DNA from: Rubrivivax sp.
GTDB lineage: Bacteria; Pseudomonadota; Gammaproteobacteria; Burkholderiales; Burkholderiaceae_C
Length of the DNA: 56,824 nucleotides
Assembly: GCA_031418855.1 (NCBI GenBank)
Contig: JANOJR010000260.1
Span: forward strand, 1-56,824
Direction: 5' to 3'
Part shown: in pieces, positions 27,736-37,411 of the stretch
How the letters are laid out: each line of letters begins with the position of its first letter
Numbering within the stretch: the stretch's first letter is position 1
Notes under the pieces: generated by a model
Database searches by the model: none
What the model was told of the DNA's origin: nothing
Seen by the model: the letters and a program-made list of their open reading frames with translations, nothing else
Made by a program: the position numbers and the translations under genes

Positions 27736-29073
27736 TCAGCGGCTTGCGAGTGCGAGCAATTCGTCCACGTTGGCGGCCGGCCAGGCGCGAAGGAGACCCA
27801 ACATTGCGTCGATGTCCGCATCGTCGCATGCGGCCGAAGCGAGGCTGCGAAACTTCAGTTCGAGATCGGGAAGCGCAATCGGGCGGGCCGGCGAGCCGGT
27901 GATGTCGCTCACGGCGCAACGCAAGGCGCTGCCGTCCGCAAGCTTGACTTCCACCTCGCACCGGTCCATCGCCATGCCCGCAACACCCACCATGCGCACG
28001 CGGCCGGCGAGCGCCTGCAGGGCCGCATCGCCCGCCCTCTCATCGATGAACTGCGCCTCCTGCGCCTGCCCGTCCAGCAGCACCACCGCGGCGCAGTACT
28101 GCATGCTGAACTTGCCGGCAAGGCCCGTCGTGACATGGGGGCGGTTCACATACTCGGTGGCATAGGGGTGGACATGCGCGACGATTTCCGAGATGCGCGA
28201 AACATCGCCGATGCGCGCGCGCAGCTGCAGCAAGCCATCGAGCACCGGATGCGTCACGGCGCAGGCCGCGTAAGCCTTGAAGCGGTTGTTCAGCAACTCG
28301 TAGCGCTCTCCCAGCCCGTCGAATGCAATGCCCTCGTCGATGCCCTCGGCGTACGTGGCGAACACGCCTTGCGGGCCTTCGATCGCGTCGGCCGCGCTTT
28401 CGAAACCGTTCGCCGCCATCAGCGCTGACAGCACGCCACCGTGCGCTGCGTGGCCGGCGAAGAAAGGCTTGCTCATCGTGCCGCGCACTTGCGTGAGGCC
28501 ACCGGCCTGCCCGGCGGCGATGCCAATGGCCATGGCCATCCGGTGTTCGTCCAGGCCCAGCAGGCGGCCGGCCGCGACAGCCGCGCCGAAGTAGGCCAGG
28601 GTGCCGGTGGGATGGAAGTGGCGCTGGATCATCGCGAAGCCGGCGACATTGCCGATGCGGACCATGACCTCGTAGCCGGCGACGAATGCCGCCGTCGCCT
28701 CAGCCGCGCTCAGCTGCTTCCACTGCGCGACTGCGAGCGCCGCCGCCCACACGGGCGCAGTTGCGTGGACGCCCGAAGGCATGTGAACATCGTCGTAGTC
28801 GATGGCGTGCGAGAACGTGGCATTGCACATCGCCGCATGCGCCACCGATGTGCGTGCGCCACCCGCGCCGACCATCAAAGCCTGGCGGTGCCCGCCGAGC
28901 TGGCCGATCGTCTTGAGCAGCAGCGGCGCGAGCGGCTGGCGGCTGCCGGTGATGGCGATGCCCAGCCAGTCGATCAGGCAGCGCCGCGCCATCTCCGCCA
29001 CTGCGGGCGGCAGATCCTCGGGCCGCAGCGAGGCGGCAAACCGGGCGAATCGCTTGGTGGCGCTCACGACCAT
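27736..29073 (-). CDS. MmgE/PrpD family protein
   Basis: HAIDYDDVH...H, GYEV, FHPTG, KPFFAG, FKAYAAC, KFSMQY. Confidence 0.9.
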   Translation of the reverse strand: MVVSATKRFARFAASLRPEDLPPAVAEMARRCLIDWLGIAITGSRQPLAPLLLKTIGQLGGHRQALMVGAGGARTSVAHAAMCNATFSHAIDYDDVHMPSGVHATAPVWAAALAVAQWKQLSAAEATAAFVAGYEVMVRIGNVAGFAMIQRHFHPTGTLAYFGAAVAAGRLLGLDEHRMAMAIGIAAGQAGGLTQVRGTMSKPFFAGHAAHGGVLSALMAANGFESAADAIEGPQGVFATYAEGIDEGIAFDGLGERYELLNNRFKAYAACAVTHPVLDGLLQLRARIGDVSRISEIVAHVHPYATEYVNRPHVTTGLAGKFSMQYCAAVVLLDGQAQEAQFIDERAGDAALQALAGRVRMVGVAGMAMDRCEVEVKLADGSALRCAVSDITGSPARPIALPDLELKFRSLASAACDDADIDAMLGLLRAWPAANVDELLALASR

Positions 29074-29090
29074 GCGCTCTTGGGAGGCGC

Positions 29091-30248
29091 TTATGAGAAC
29101 GCCCGTATGCCGGTGATCTCGCGGCCAACGATCAGCTTCTGGATGCCGATGGTGCCATCGGGGAACGCGAGCACGCGCGCATCGCGAAAGTACTTCTCCA
29201 CCGCGAACGCTCTGGTGATGCCGAAAGCGCCATGCACTTCGATGGCGGCGTTGGTCACCTTCAGCGCCGCCTCGCACGAGAAGAACTTCGCGAGCGACGA
29301 CTCCACATCGGGCCTTTGCCCCTTGTCCGACATGCACAGGGCCCGATAGCACAGCAGCTTGCTGCTGTCGACCAGCGCGCGCATTTCGGCCAGCGTATTC
29401 TGGATCGACTGGAAGCCCGCGATCGGCCGGCCGAACTGCACGCGTTCCTTCGCGTACTGCAATGCGGCCTCATAGGCGCGCTCGGCCAGCCGGATGTTGT
29501 AGAGGCCGACTACCGCGCGCTGGCCGAGCCAGGAAGCAGTCAGGACGCGGTGAGCGTGGCCCTGCGCTTCGGAGAACATGTTCTCCTTCGGGATCGTCAC
29601 GTTGTCCAGGAAGATCTCGCAGATGTGGCTCTGGCGTATACCCATCAGATCGAGGTGCCGCACTTCCACGGGCGATTCGGTGGTGTCCACGAAGAACGGC
29701 GTGATGATGCTTCTGCCCTTTTCGTCCTTCCCTGTTGACGCGACCACCAGCAGGTAGTCGGCGACAGCGCCGGCGGAGACCCAGATCTTGGTGCCGTTCA
29801 ACACGTAGTTGTCGCCCTTCAGCTCGGCCCGCGTGCGCACCCCACGCGGATCGGACCCCACGTCCGGCTCGCTCGTGGCCGAGGCGCCGAACTTCTCGCC
29901 CGCCATCAGGCGCGGCAGGTACCTGCGCTTCATCTCCTCGGAGCCACCCAGGCATATCCGCAGCGCGATGATCTCGATGCAGATGAGCAGTTCAAACGCT
30001 TCATACGGCAGCGTTTCCGCCGCGATGCCCAGGCCCACCGCGCCCAGGCCGCTGCCGCCGTACTCCTCTGGCACTCGCGCGCCATGAATGCCGAAGGGCA
30101 GCAGGATTTCGCGGATGCGCTCACAGGCCTCGCGGGGCAGCGGGTCGTCCTTGGGATACGACGCCAGCAGCGGCTCGATCTTCTCGCGGTTCACGCGCTC
30201 CAGGCTGTCCTTGAACATCCGGTGCTCTTCGCTGAACTCGAAATCCAT
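29091..30248 (-). CDS. Acyl-CoA dehydrogenase
   Basis: SEPDVGSD, NGTKIWVS, RVQFGRPI, EVHGAFG, RDARVLAFPDGT. Confidence 0.92.
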   Translation of the reverse strand: MDFEFSEEHRMFKDSLERVNREKIEPLLASYPKDDPLPREACERIREILLPFGIHGARVPEEYGGSGLGAVGLGIAAETLPYEAFELLICIEIIALRICLGGSEEMKRRYLPRLMAGEKFGASATSEPDVGSDPRGVRTRAELKGDNYVLNGTKIWVSAGAVADYLLVVASTGKDEKGRSIITPFFVDTTESPVEVRHLDLMGIRQSHICEIFLDNVTIPKENMFSEAQGHAHRVLTASWLGQRAVVGLYNIRLAERAYEAALQYAKERVQFGRPIAGFQSIQNTLAEMRALVDSSKLLCYRALCMSDKGQRPDVESSLAKFFSCEAALKVTNAAIEVHGAFGITRAFAVEKYFRDARVLAFPDGTIGIQKLIVGREITGIRAFS

Positions 30249-30267
30249 CCTGTCGCCTTCCTTCCTG

Positions 30268-31431
30268 TTAGCGGATCACGCCCTCGTCGCGCAAGGCGCC
30301 AAGCTCGCCTTCGCGGCCGAGCAGCGCGCCTATCAGTTCATCATTGCCTTCGCCCAGCACGGGCTGCAGGCGCCAGGGGCCACGGTCGGAGTGGCCTGTG
30401 GCCAGGGCGGGCTTGATCAGCGGCACCTTGCCGAACACCGGATGATCCACATCGCCGATCATGCGCCGCGCGGCGACCTGCGCACTGCCGGCGACCTGCG
30501 CAAGGTCGAGCACCGGCGCGGCCGGCGCGCCAAATGACTGCAGCAGTAGCGCCGCTTCATCCGCCGTCAACGGCTCGATACGCGCCGCCAGGGCCGCATT
30601 GATGTGGTCCTCATGGTCCTTGCGCAAGGCGCGCGTCCACGCCGGGTCGAGATCGAGCCAGCGCGCGAGCGAACGCCAGTGCGCATCGCGCGTGACGGTG
30701 ACCATCAACAGCCCATCGCTGCACCGGAAGTGACCGAAGGGAGCGTGAAGGGGATGCGCGTTGCCCAGGCTCTGGACGTACTCGCGGCCGTTGCGGGCCA
30801 GCGGCCACAGCGGGATGAGCGAGAAGGCGCCCACATCGAACAACGCCGTGTCGATGAACTGCGCCTGGCCCGGCTTGCGGCCCGCCAGCGCGGCAGCGAC
30901 GGCCATCGCGGAGACGATCCCGCCCAGGATGTCGCACACCGACGGCCCGGCCTTCAGCGGCGGCAGGCCGGGTGCGCCGGTCGCGTCCATCATGCCGGAC
31001 AGTGCCTGGGTCACCATGTCGAACGCGCGCAGGTTGCGCAGCGGCCCCGACTCGCCGAATCCCTTGACCGAACAGAACACGATGGCGGGATTCACCTCGC
31101 AGCACGCTGCATAGCCTATGCCCCATTTGTCCATGGTGCCTATGGCGAAGTTCTCGATGACGACATCGCTCCTTGCCACCAGGTCCAGGAAGATTTCGCG
31201 GCCCCGTGGATGCTGCACTTGCAGCGTGACGCTTCGCTTGTTGAAGTTGTTGTTGTGAAAGAGGTAGCCCGTGTCGCCGAAGCGCATGCCCAGCGCGCGA
31301 GTGCCTTCGCCTTCCACGGGTTCCACCTTGATCACGTCCGCGCCCAGGTCGCCCAGCAGGCGCGCTGCATACGGCCCGGCCGTGTTCAGGCCGATGTCCA
31401 GTACTCGGATGCCGTCGAGACGCCTAGCCAT
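30268..31431 (-). CDS. Family III CoA-transferase (catalytic Asp present)
   Basis: AGPYAARLLGDLGADVIKVE, NKRSV, ENF, GFGESGP, SVCDILGG. Confidence 0.9.
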   Translation of the reverse strand: MARRLDGIRVLDIGLNTAGPYAARLLGDLGADVIKVEPVEGEGTRALGMRFGDTGYLFHNNNFNKRSVTLQVQHPRGREIFLDLVARSDVVIENFAIGTMDKWGIGYAACCEVNPAIVFCSVKGFGESGPLRNLRAFDMVTQALSGMMDATGAPGLPPLKAGPSVCDILGGIVSAMAVAAALAGRKPGQAQFIDTALFDVGAFSLIPLWPLARNGREYVQSLGNAHPLHAPFGHFRCSDGLLMVTVTRDAHWRSLARWLDLDPAWTRALRKDHEDHINAALAARIEPLTADEAALLLQSFGAPAAPVLDLAQVAGSAQVAARRMIGDVDHPVFGKVPLIKPALATGHSDRGPWRLQPVLGEGNDELIGALLGREGELGALRDEGVIR

Positions 31432-32470
31432 GTGCAGGCTCCAGCGGTTCGCGGTTGAGGTGGAACAGGGCGCCGGCGCGGCGGCCGCCCGTTGTGGCAT
31501 CGAGCAGCTTGCGTTCGAGGAACTGGGGATGCGCCAGCACACCGGCCAACGGGAGAATTGAACTGGCCGCGATGGAGGCATCGTTGAGCATGCGTTCAAC
31601 TTCCGCCACGGGCCGCTGCGACGTCCATGCCGTGATCTGCGCTTCGAGCGCGGCGACGTTGGTGAGGCGATCCTGCGGCTTCGCAAACAGCGGGTCCGTG
31701 GGCATATCGGGCCGGCCCATGGATTCGCACAGCCGAACCCAGTTCGCATGGCTGCCGGTGCAGACGATCACCCAGCCGTCTGCACAACGAAATGAGTTCC
31801 ATGGCGCCCACATCCGGTGCCGGTTGCCGACGCCGGCCGGTGCCTGGCCGGTGAGGAAGAAGACGGGAAGCGAGGAGCTGTGGAATGACAGCGCTGCGTC
31901 GTAGACGCTCACGTCCAGCAGGCCCGACGATTCGCCCTCGCGTTGGCGCAGCACTGCCGCGATGGTTGACGTCACCGCGTACATGGCGGCGGCAAAGGCC
32001 ATCGGCGCACCGGCGATCCGGGTCGGCGTTGCCCCGGCATGCGCGGTGACGGACATGATGCCGGCGGCGGCCTGCACGACTTCCTCGCTGCCGTGCCAGT
32101 GCGCCATCGGGCCCTGCATGCCGAACCAGGTGCAGGCGCAGACGGTGAGGGCAGGCAGGCGCGCGCACAACTCGGATGTACCGAGTGCGCCGTGAAGGTG
32201 CAGCATGCCGTCGCGGTCGGCTATCAGGATGTCGGCGCCGGCCAGCAGCGCGTGCAGCGCGTCGCGGTCCCCCCAGTCGGGCAACAACCGGGACTTGCCC
32301 CGCGAGATGAGCTCGTGCAATTCAAGCTCGCTATCGGCGGGCGTTTCCATTGCGATATGGGTCACGGGACAACCCAGGTCGGCAAACAGCTTGCCCGCGA
32401 GCGATGCCGCCCCGAACTCGCCTGACACTTCGACGACGCGCCAGGACTTGAACTCGGGAAGTGTGGACAC
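31424..32470 (-). CDS. Degenerate family III CoA-transferase subunit
   Basis: LAGKLFADLG, RGKS, FGMQGP, GNRH...PWNSFRCADG. No Asp at the catalytic position. Confidence 0.8.
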   Translation of the reverse strand: MSTLPEFKSWRVVEVSGEFGAASLAGKLFADLGCPVTHIAMETPADSELELHELISRGKSRLLPDWGDRDALHALLAGADILIADRDGMLHLHGALGTSELCARLPALTVCACTWFGMQGPMAHWHGSEEVVQAAAGIMSVTAHAGATPTRIAGAPMAFAAAMYAVTSTIAAVLRQREGESSGLLDVSVYDAALSFHSSSLPVFFLTGQAPAGVGNRHRMWAPWNSFRCADGWVIVCTGSHANWVRLCESMGRPDMPTDPLFAKPQDRLTNVAALEAQITAWTSQRPVAEVERMLNDASIAASSILPLAGVLAHPQFLERKLLDATTGGRRAGALFHLNREPLEPAHG

Positions 32471-32484
32471 CGGTGCGTGCTCCG

Positions 32485-32940
32485 TCAGTCTTCCAGGAAG
32501 ATGTGCTCCTGCACCTCGCCCACCATCACGACCTTGCCGTGTTGGTTGGTCACTTCGGTGCCGCAGCGCAGGCGCGGCTTGCCCGGCACGAGCCCGAGAT
32601 AGGTGAGCTTGACGGTCACGGTATCGCCGGCGCGAACCGGGGCAACGAACTTCGACTGCGTCGCCGACATCACGCCCTTCAAGTCGTGGCGCACCGCGAA
32701 CGCCGTGATGGCGCGCGAGATGAGCGCCGAGAGCATGAGGCCGTGCACCAGGCGGCCCGGGCCGAGCGGCGTGTCGAACTCGTCACTCTCGTGAATCGGG
32801 TGGTGGCTTTCGATGACATCGGCGAAACGCTGGATGTCCGCGTCGCTGAGGGTGCGCGAGTAGGTTTCGAAATCGCCCGGCTCCAGCGCCGCGAGCGTGC
32901 CGCCCTGCTTTTGTTCCTGCATGGTCGTGCGTCCTTTCAT
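32485..32940 (-). CDS. MaoC-family (hot-dog) dehydratase
   Basis: FADVIESHHPIH, LVHG, KFVAPVRAGDT. Alternative start at 32922. Confidence 0.85.
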   Translation of the reverse strand: MKGRTTMQEQKQGGTLAALEPGDFETYSRTLSDADIQRFADVIESHHPIHESDEFDTPLGPGRLVHGLMLSALISRAITAFAVRHDLKGVMSATQSKFVAPVRAGDTVTVKLTYLGLVPGKPRLRCGTEVTNQHGKVVMVGEVQEHIFLED

Positions 32941-32949
32941 GACGGCATC

Positions 32950-32977
32950 GTTTCACGTTTCACGTTTCACGTTTCAC
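32950..32977. repeat. Perfect 7-bp tandem repeat (GTTTCAC)x4
   Basis: Read directly in the maoC leader region. Confidence 0.9.
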
Positions 32978-32990
32978 TGTAGGCCGGGCC

Positions 32991-33019
32991 CTGTGAAGCA
33001 GGGGTGAAGGAACGGTGAT
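32991..33019 (-). promoter_or_regulatory. Three heptamer direct repeats with 11-bp period (putative winged-helix operator)
   Basis: Minus strand ATCACCG-N4-TTCACCC-N4-TTCACAG, ending 50 nt upstream of the maoC ATG. Confidence 0.55.
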
Positions 33020-33084
33020 GGCGTGGTTTTGTGAGGCGTTTGGCCCTTAGATTGCAGGCATCCCTCAGGACAACGGAAGCGCAC

Positions 33085-33888
33085 ATGCTCGCAGACAACA
33101 CCTTCTCCGGCCGCACCGTCTTCATCACCGGTGCGGGCACCGGCATTGGCAAGGGTTTCGCACTTCGCGTGGCGAAGCTGGGCGCGCATGTCGCCCTTGC
33201 GGGGCGGCGCGAGAACCTGCTGCAGGACACGGCCCGCGCCATCGAGGCCGAAGGCGGCAAGGCGCTGGTGGTGCCGCTGGACATCCGCAAGCCGGAGCTG
33301 GTGGAGGCCGCGATGGAGCGCGTCGTGCACGAAACCGGCAGCATCGACGTGCTGGTGAACAACGCGGCCGGCAACTTCCTGTCGCGCGCCGAAGAACTCT
33401 CGCCCAATGGCTGGAACAGCGTGGTGAACATCGTGCTGAACGGCACGGCTTATTGCACGCTCGCCGCCGGCAGGCACATGGTGCGGCAGGGCAGGGGCAA
33501 GATTCTGAGCATCACGGCAACGTACGCGTGGCACGGCGGGCCCGGCACCGTGCACTCGGCGGCGGCGAAGGCCGGCGTGATCGCGATGTCGAAGTCACTG
33601 GCCGTGGAATGGGGTCCGCGCAACGTGCAGGTGAACTGCTTGTGCCCGGGCTTTGTCGATACGGAGCAGACACGCACCGTGCTTTGGCCCACCGCCGACA
33701 TGCGGGAGAAGATCCTCATGACCATTCCCACGGGCCGATTCCAGCGTGTCGACGAGGTGGTGGAAATCGGCCTCATGCTCTGTTCGCCGGCGGCGGACTA
33801 TATCAACGGCGAGGTGCTGGTGGCCGATGGCGGGCAGTGGCTCAACAAGGGCGTGTTCGACCTGCCGCCGGCGCGCGCCGCCGCTTAA
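33085..33888 (+). CDS. SDR, 2,4-dienoyl-CoA reductase (DECR)-like
   Basis: TGAGTGIG, NNAAGNF, LSPNGW, HSAAAKAG, LAVEWG. Confidence 0.88.
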   Translation: MLADNTFSGRTVFITGAGTGIGKGFALRVAKLGAHVALAGRRENLLQDTARAIEAEGGKALVVPLDIRKPELVEAAMERVVHETGSIDVLVNNAAGNFLSRAEELSPNGWNSVVNIVLNGTAYCTLAAGRHMVRQGRGKILSITATYAWHGGPGTVHSAAAKAGVIAMSKSLAVEWGPRNVQVNCLCPGFVDTEQTRTVLWPTADMREKILMTIPTGRFQRVDEVVEIGLMLCSPAADYINGEVLVADGGQWLNKGVFDLPPARAAA

Positions 33889-35567
33889 TGCTGCGACAAC
33901 TGGCGCAGGAAGAATTCTTTCTCCGCACTGCGCCGCTCCTGCGGCAGCCGGTCCGCCAGGCGAAGGCCGTGCTGCAGAAGCGGCACGATTTCAGCTGACG
34001 CATGGCGTGCCGCATTGGCCACCGCAAGCTTGGAGTAGTGCACCGCACGCGACCAGTCATGCACGGCCTCGAAGCGCCGGGCCATCTGCGCGGCGACGGT
34101 GGAGACCGTGTCGCCCCAGAACGCCTCAACGGCTTCGACGAAGCGCTGCTGCACCATGTCGCGTCGCGCCGGCGTCTGGCCGGCAAGCAGCAGGCGCGCG
34201 TGCAACGGAACGCGAAAGCCGTAAACAGCCGTCACGCTGCCATCCGGAAAGACATAGGGCGAGCTTTCGCGCAGCAATTGCTCGCTCGCGCTCATCGCGC
34301 TGCACAGCTCTTCCACCTCAACCTGCGGCATGCCCAGCACTTTCGACACGCACCAGGCCGAGAACAACAAGCCGCTGTTGCTGCCGCACTCCAGGATGGC
34401 GCGCCTGCGCTGCCCAACTTCGCGAAGTTCCAGCTCCAAGCCGTGCCGGATTTCCAGTGGCACCGCGCTGGCAACGAATTCGCCTTGCCGGTCGCGACTG
34501 GCCAGCATTTCCGCGAACTGGCTGGTCCCGGTCAGCTGCACCTGTGCGGATATGCATTCCATCAGCGCCGTGACGACGAAGGGGTTTCCTCCCGCCTGGC
34601 GTCCGATGGCATCGAGCGCGCCGCGCGGCAGGTCGGCCGTGCTGCCCGCCAGCACCATCTGGCGAACCTCAGCTGAGTCCAGCGGCTGGAGCCGAACTTC
34701 CTGCGCGCAGCGATGCACGACCAGGTCCAGCATCAGGGTGCGCGCCGCACAATCCGGCTGCGTGACAGTCGAGGCGCGATAGCCGGCGACGACCATGACG
34801 TTCAGCGGGTCTCGGCCGGTTGCGACACGGGCCAGAATCTCCAGCAAGGGCGCGTCCACGCCTTGCAGGCTGTCGATGACCAGGACGACGGGACGCGTGC
34901 GCGCAAGCGCCTCGAGTTGAACCGCCTGCGAATCGCCGACGGCCTCGGGTTGTTGCGCGAACAGCGCCGAAAGCTCGAGGCTGGGCGAGAACGCGGCCAC
35001 ATGGCGCGCAGCTGCGCAGTCAAGCCTGAGGACTAGCGAGCCGTCGTCGCGAATGCGCGCCAGGAATTCGTCAATGACGCGCGTCTTGCCGGCACCTGCC
35101 TCACCCACGATGAACACCACCCGGCGCTGCCCCGTAGCGGCCGCGCTGCGTGCTGCCTGCAAGGTGGCGAGTGCGTCCTCGCGTCCAACCAGGCCACCGG
35201 GGGCCACGCCTGCGATGTCGCACCGATCAGGCAGCTGCCCGATGAAACGGTAGCCACAGCGCGTCCGTGTCTCGATGAAGCGCGGTGACTGCGGGTCGTC
35301 GTCCAGCAGCTTGCGGATGCTCCGGATGTAGGTCTTCAGGATTTCCGGCTGCACAAACTCGCGCGGCCAGACTGCATCCAGCAGTTCTTCGAACTCGAGG
35401 ATGCGTCCCGGCTTGTCGCGCAGATAGAGCAGCAGCTGAAAGACCTTGGGCGCGACCTTGATCGGCGTGTCGTCGCGCCACAGCAGCTGGTTGGGCCGGT
35501 CGATGGTGAAACGGGGCTGGCCGGCAACAAGCGCTGGTTCAGCAATCGCAGTGGTAGCAGGCGTCAT
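33885..35567 (-). CDS. Transcriptional regulator, OmpR/CadC winged helix + AAA ATPase
   Basis: N-terminal LLDAVWP...IRKLLDD...FIET...GYRF, Walker A GEAGAGKT, GGNP motif. Confidence 0.85.
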   Translation of the reverse strand: MTPATTAIAEPALVAGQPRFTIDRPNQLLWRDDTPIKVAPKVFQLLLYLRDKPGRILEFEELLDAVWPREFVQPEILKTYIRSIRKLLDDDPQSPRFIETRTRCGYRFIGQLPDRCDIAGVAPGGLVGREDALATLQAARSAAATGQRRVVFIVGEAGAGKTRVIDEFLARIRDDGSLVLRLDCAAARHVAAFSPSLELSALFAQQPEAVGDSQAVQLEALARTRPVVLVIDSLQGVDAPLLEILARVATGRDPLNVMVVAGYRASTVTQPDCAARTLMLDLVVHRCAQEVRLQPLDSAEVRQMVLAGSTADLPRGALDAIGRQAGGNPFVVTALMECISAQVQLTGTSQFAEMLASRDRQGEFVASAVPLEIRHGLELELREVGQRRRAILECGSNSGLLFSAWCVSKVLGMPQVEVEELCSAMSASEQLLRESSPYVFPDGSVTAVYGFRVPLHARLLLAGQTPARRDMVQQRFVEAVEAFWGDTVSTVAAQMARRFEAVHDWSRAVHYSKLAVANAARHASAEIVPLLQHGLRLADRLPQERRSAEKEFFLRQLSQH

Positions 35568-37411
35568 GCCGCGGCCTTGCTTTCGCCGGCGTAAAGGGCC
35601 TCGATGGCATCGTGGTACTTCTTCTCGATGCTCGATCGCTTGACCTTCATGGTGGCAGTGACTTCACCGTCGTCATGGTCAAGCTCCTTGGTGAGCAGGT
35701 GGAACTTGCGCACATGCTGCACCTGCGGCATGCGCGCATTGACCGCGTCGATTTCCTGCTGCACCAGCGTGCGCACCTGCGGCAGTTCGGCCAGGCTCCG
35801 GTAGTTGGTGTAGGCGATGCCCGATTCTTCGGCCCACTTGCCCACACTCTCGGGGTCGATCTGGATCAGCGCGGCGACGAAGCGGCGGCGGTCGGCCACG
35901 ATGATCGCTTCCTTGATGTAGGACGACACCCGCAGCGCGTTCTCCAGCTCGCTGGGCGTGATGTTCTTGCCGCCGGCGGTGATCATGATGTCCTTCTTGC
36001 GGTCGACGATGCGCAGCTCGTCGCCCAGGGGCCCGCGTTCCAGGCGACCGATGTCGCCGGTGTGAAGCCAGCCGTCGTGGTCGATGGCGTCAGTGCTTGC
36101 GGCCGGTGCGTTGTAGTAGCCCTTGAAGACCACATCACCGCGCAGCAGGATCTCGCCGTCTTCGGCAAGCTTCATCTCGATGCCGGGGAACGGCGCGCCG
36201 ACGGAGCCGACCGGCGACTCGTCGCTCGGCTGCAGGCTGCTGGCCCCGGATGCTTCGGTCAGGCCGTAGGCCTCGCGCACGGACAGCCCCAGCGTCTTGA
36301 AGAATTTCAGGATGTCCGGCGAGATCGGCGCACTACCCGAGACGGCGATGCGGCACTGGCGCAGGCCGACGTAGTTGAGCAGCGAGCGCAGCACGAGCAG
36401 GTGCCACAGCCACGCCCTGGCGCGCTGCGCCAAGGTCCAGCGTTCCTTGGCGACATGCGCGAAGCCGCCCAGATCGCTCATCGCCGCGCGATAGAGGCGC
36501 AGGCGCAGGCCGCCGGTCTCGCGCATGCGGATCTCGATGGCCGAATGAAACTTTTCCCAGATTCGCGGCACCGCCAGGAAGATCTGTGGCGCAATTTCAC
36601 GCAGATCTTCCTGGACCGTTCGGATGCTCTCCGCGAAGTTCACCACCGCGCCGGTCGTGAGTGGCACTTGCACCGCGAACATCTGCTCGGCCATGTGGCA
36701 CAGCGGCAGGTACGAGACCACCTTGTCGTCGGGTGTGGCGCGCAGCACGCCGTTGAGGCCTTCGCCGGCGCGGCAAAGGCCACGCCACGACAGCATCGCG
36801 GCTTTGGGTCGGCCGGTCGAGCCGGAGGTGAAGACGACGAGGCCGGTGTCGTCCATGTTCTGTCGCTCGAGATAGCTGGTAATCGCCTGCGGTTGGTCCG
36901 CAGCCACGCGCCGGCCCAGCGCCGTCACGTCGCTGAATTCAAGGATGCCGCTGCGCTCGTAGTGGCGCAGCCCTTTCGGGTCGATGACGATGATCTGGCG
37001 CAGGCGGGGCAGGCGCTCGCGCACCGCCAGCACCTTGTCGAGTTGCTCCTGGTCCTCGCAAACGATGTAGGGGGCTTCGCACAGCGTGAGCAGGTACTCG
37101 ACCTCCGGTCCTGGCGACGTCGGGTACACGCCCGCCGGCACGCCCTGCACCAGCCCGACGCCCATCTGGATGTAGACCCACTCCTGGCGGTTCTCGCTCA
37201 GGATCGCCACATGCTCACCGCGCTGCAGTCCCAGCTCGATCAGGCCCAGCCCGAAGCTCGCGGCTTGCGTTGCATAGCCGGCCCAGGTCACCGGCTTCCA
37301 GATGCCCATGTCCTTCTGGCGCAGGGCGACCTCATTCGCCCGCACGCGCGCCCAGTGGAAAAGGCGCTGCGGCAAGGTGAGCTCGCGCAGTGCGTTCGCG
37401 ACGCCATTCAC
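35564..37411 (-). CDS. Long-chain fatty acid--CoA ligase (AMP-binding)
   Basis: FTSGSTGRPK, YLPLCH, YGLTE, GWLHTGD, DRKKD. GTG 37411 has a GGAGGG RBS, alternative ATG at 37474. Confidence 0.92.
   Translation of the reverse strand: MNGVANALRELTLPQRLFHWARVRANEVALRQKDMGIWKPVTWAGYATQAASFGLGLIELGLQRGEHVAILSENRQEWVYIQMGVGLVQGVPAGVYPTSPGPEVEYLLTLCEAPYIVCEDQEQLDKVLAVRERLPRLRQIIVIDPKGLRHYERSGILEFSDVTALGRRVAADQPQAITSYLERQNMDDTGLVVFTSGSTGRPKAAMLSWRGLCRAGEGLNGVLRATPDDKVVSYLPLCHMAEQMFAVQVPLTTGAVVNFAESIRTVQEDLREIAPQIFLAVPRIWEKFHSAIEIRMRETGGLRLRLYRAAMSDLGGFAHVAKERWTLAQRARAWLWHLLVLRSLLNYVGLRQCRIAVSGSAPISPDILKFFKTLGLSVREAYGLTEASGASSLQPSDESPVGSVGAPFPGIEMKLAEDGEILLRGDVVFKGYYNAPAASTDAIDHDGWLHTGDIGRLERGPLGDELRIVDRKKDIMITAGGKNITPSELENALRVSSYIKEAIIVADRRRFVAALIQIDPESVGKWAEESGIAYTNYRSLAELPQVRTLVQQEIDAVNARMPQVQHVRKFHLLTKELDHDDGEVTATMKVKRSSIEKKYHDAIEALYAGESKAAA

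Noticed and set aside
32950-33019. CRISPR array or iterons
   Set aside because: Units are only 7 bp with no unique spacers, and there are no cas or rep genes. No CRISPR, tRNA or rRNA was seen anywhere in the window.
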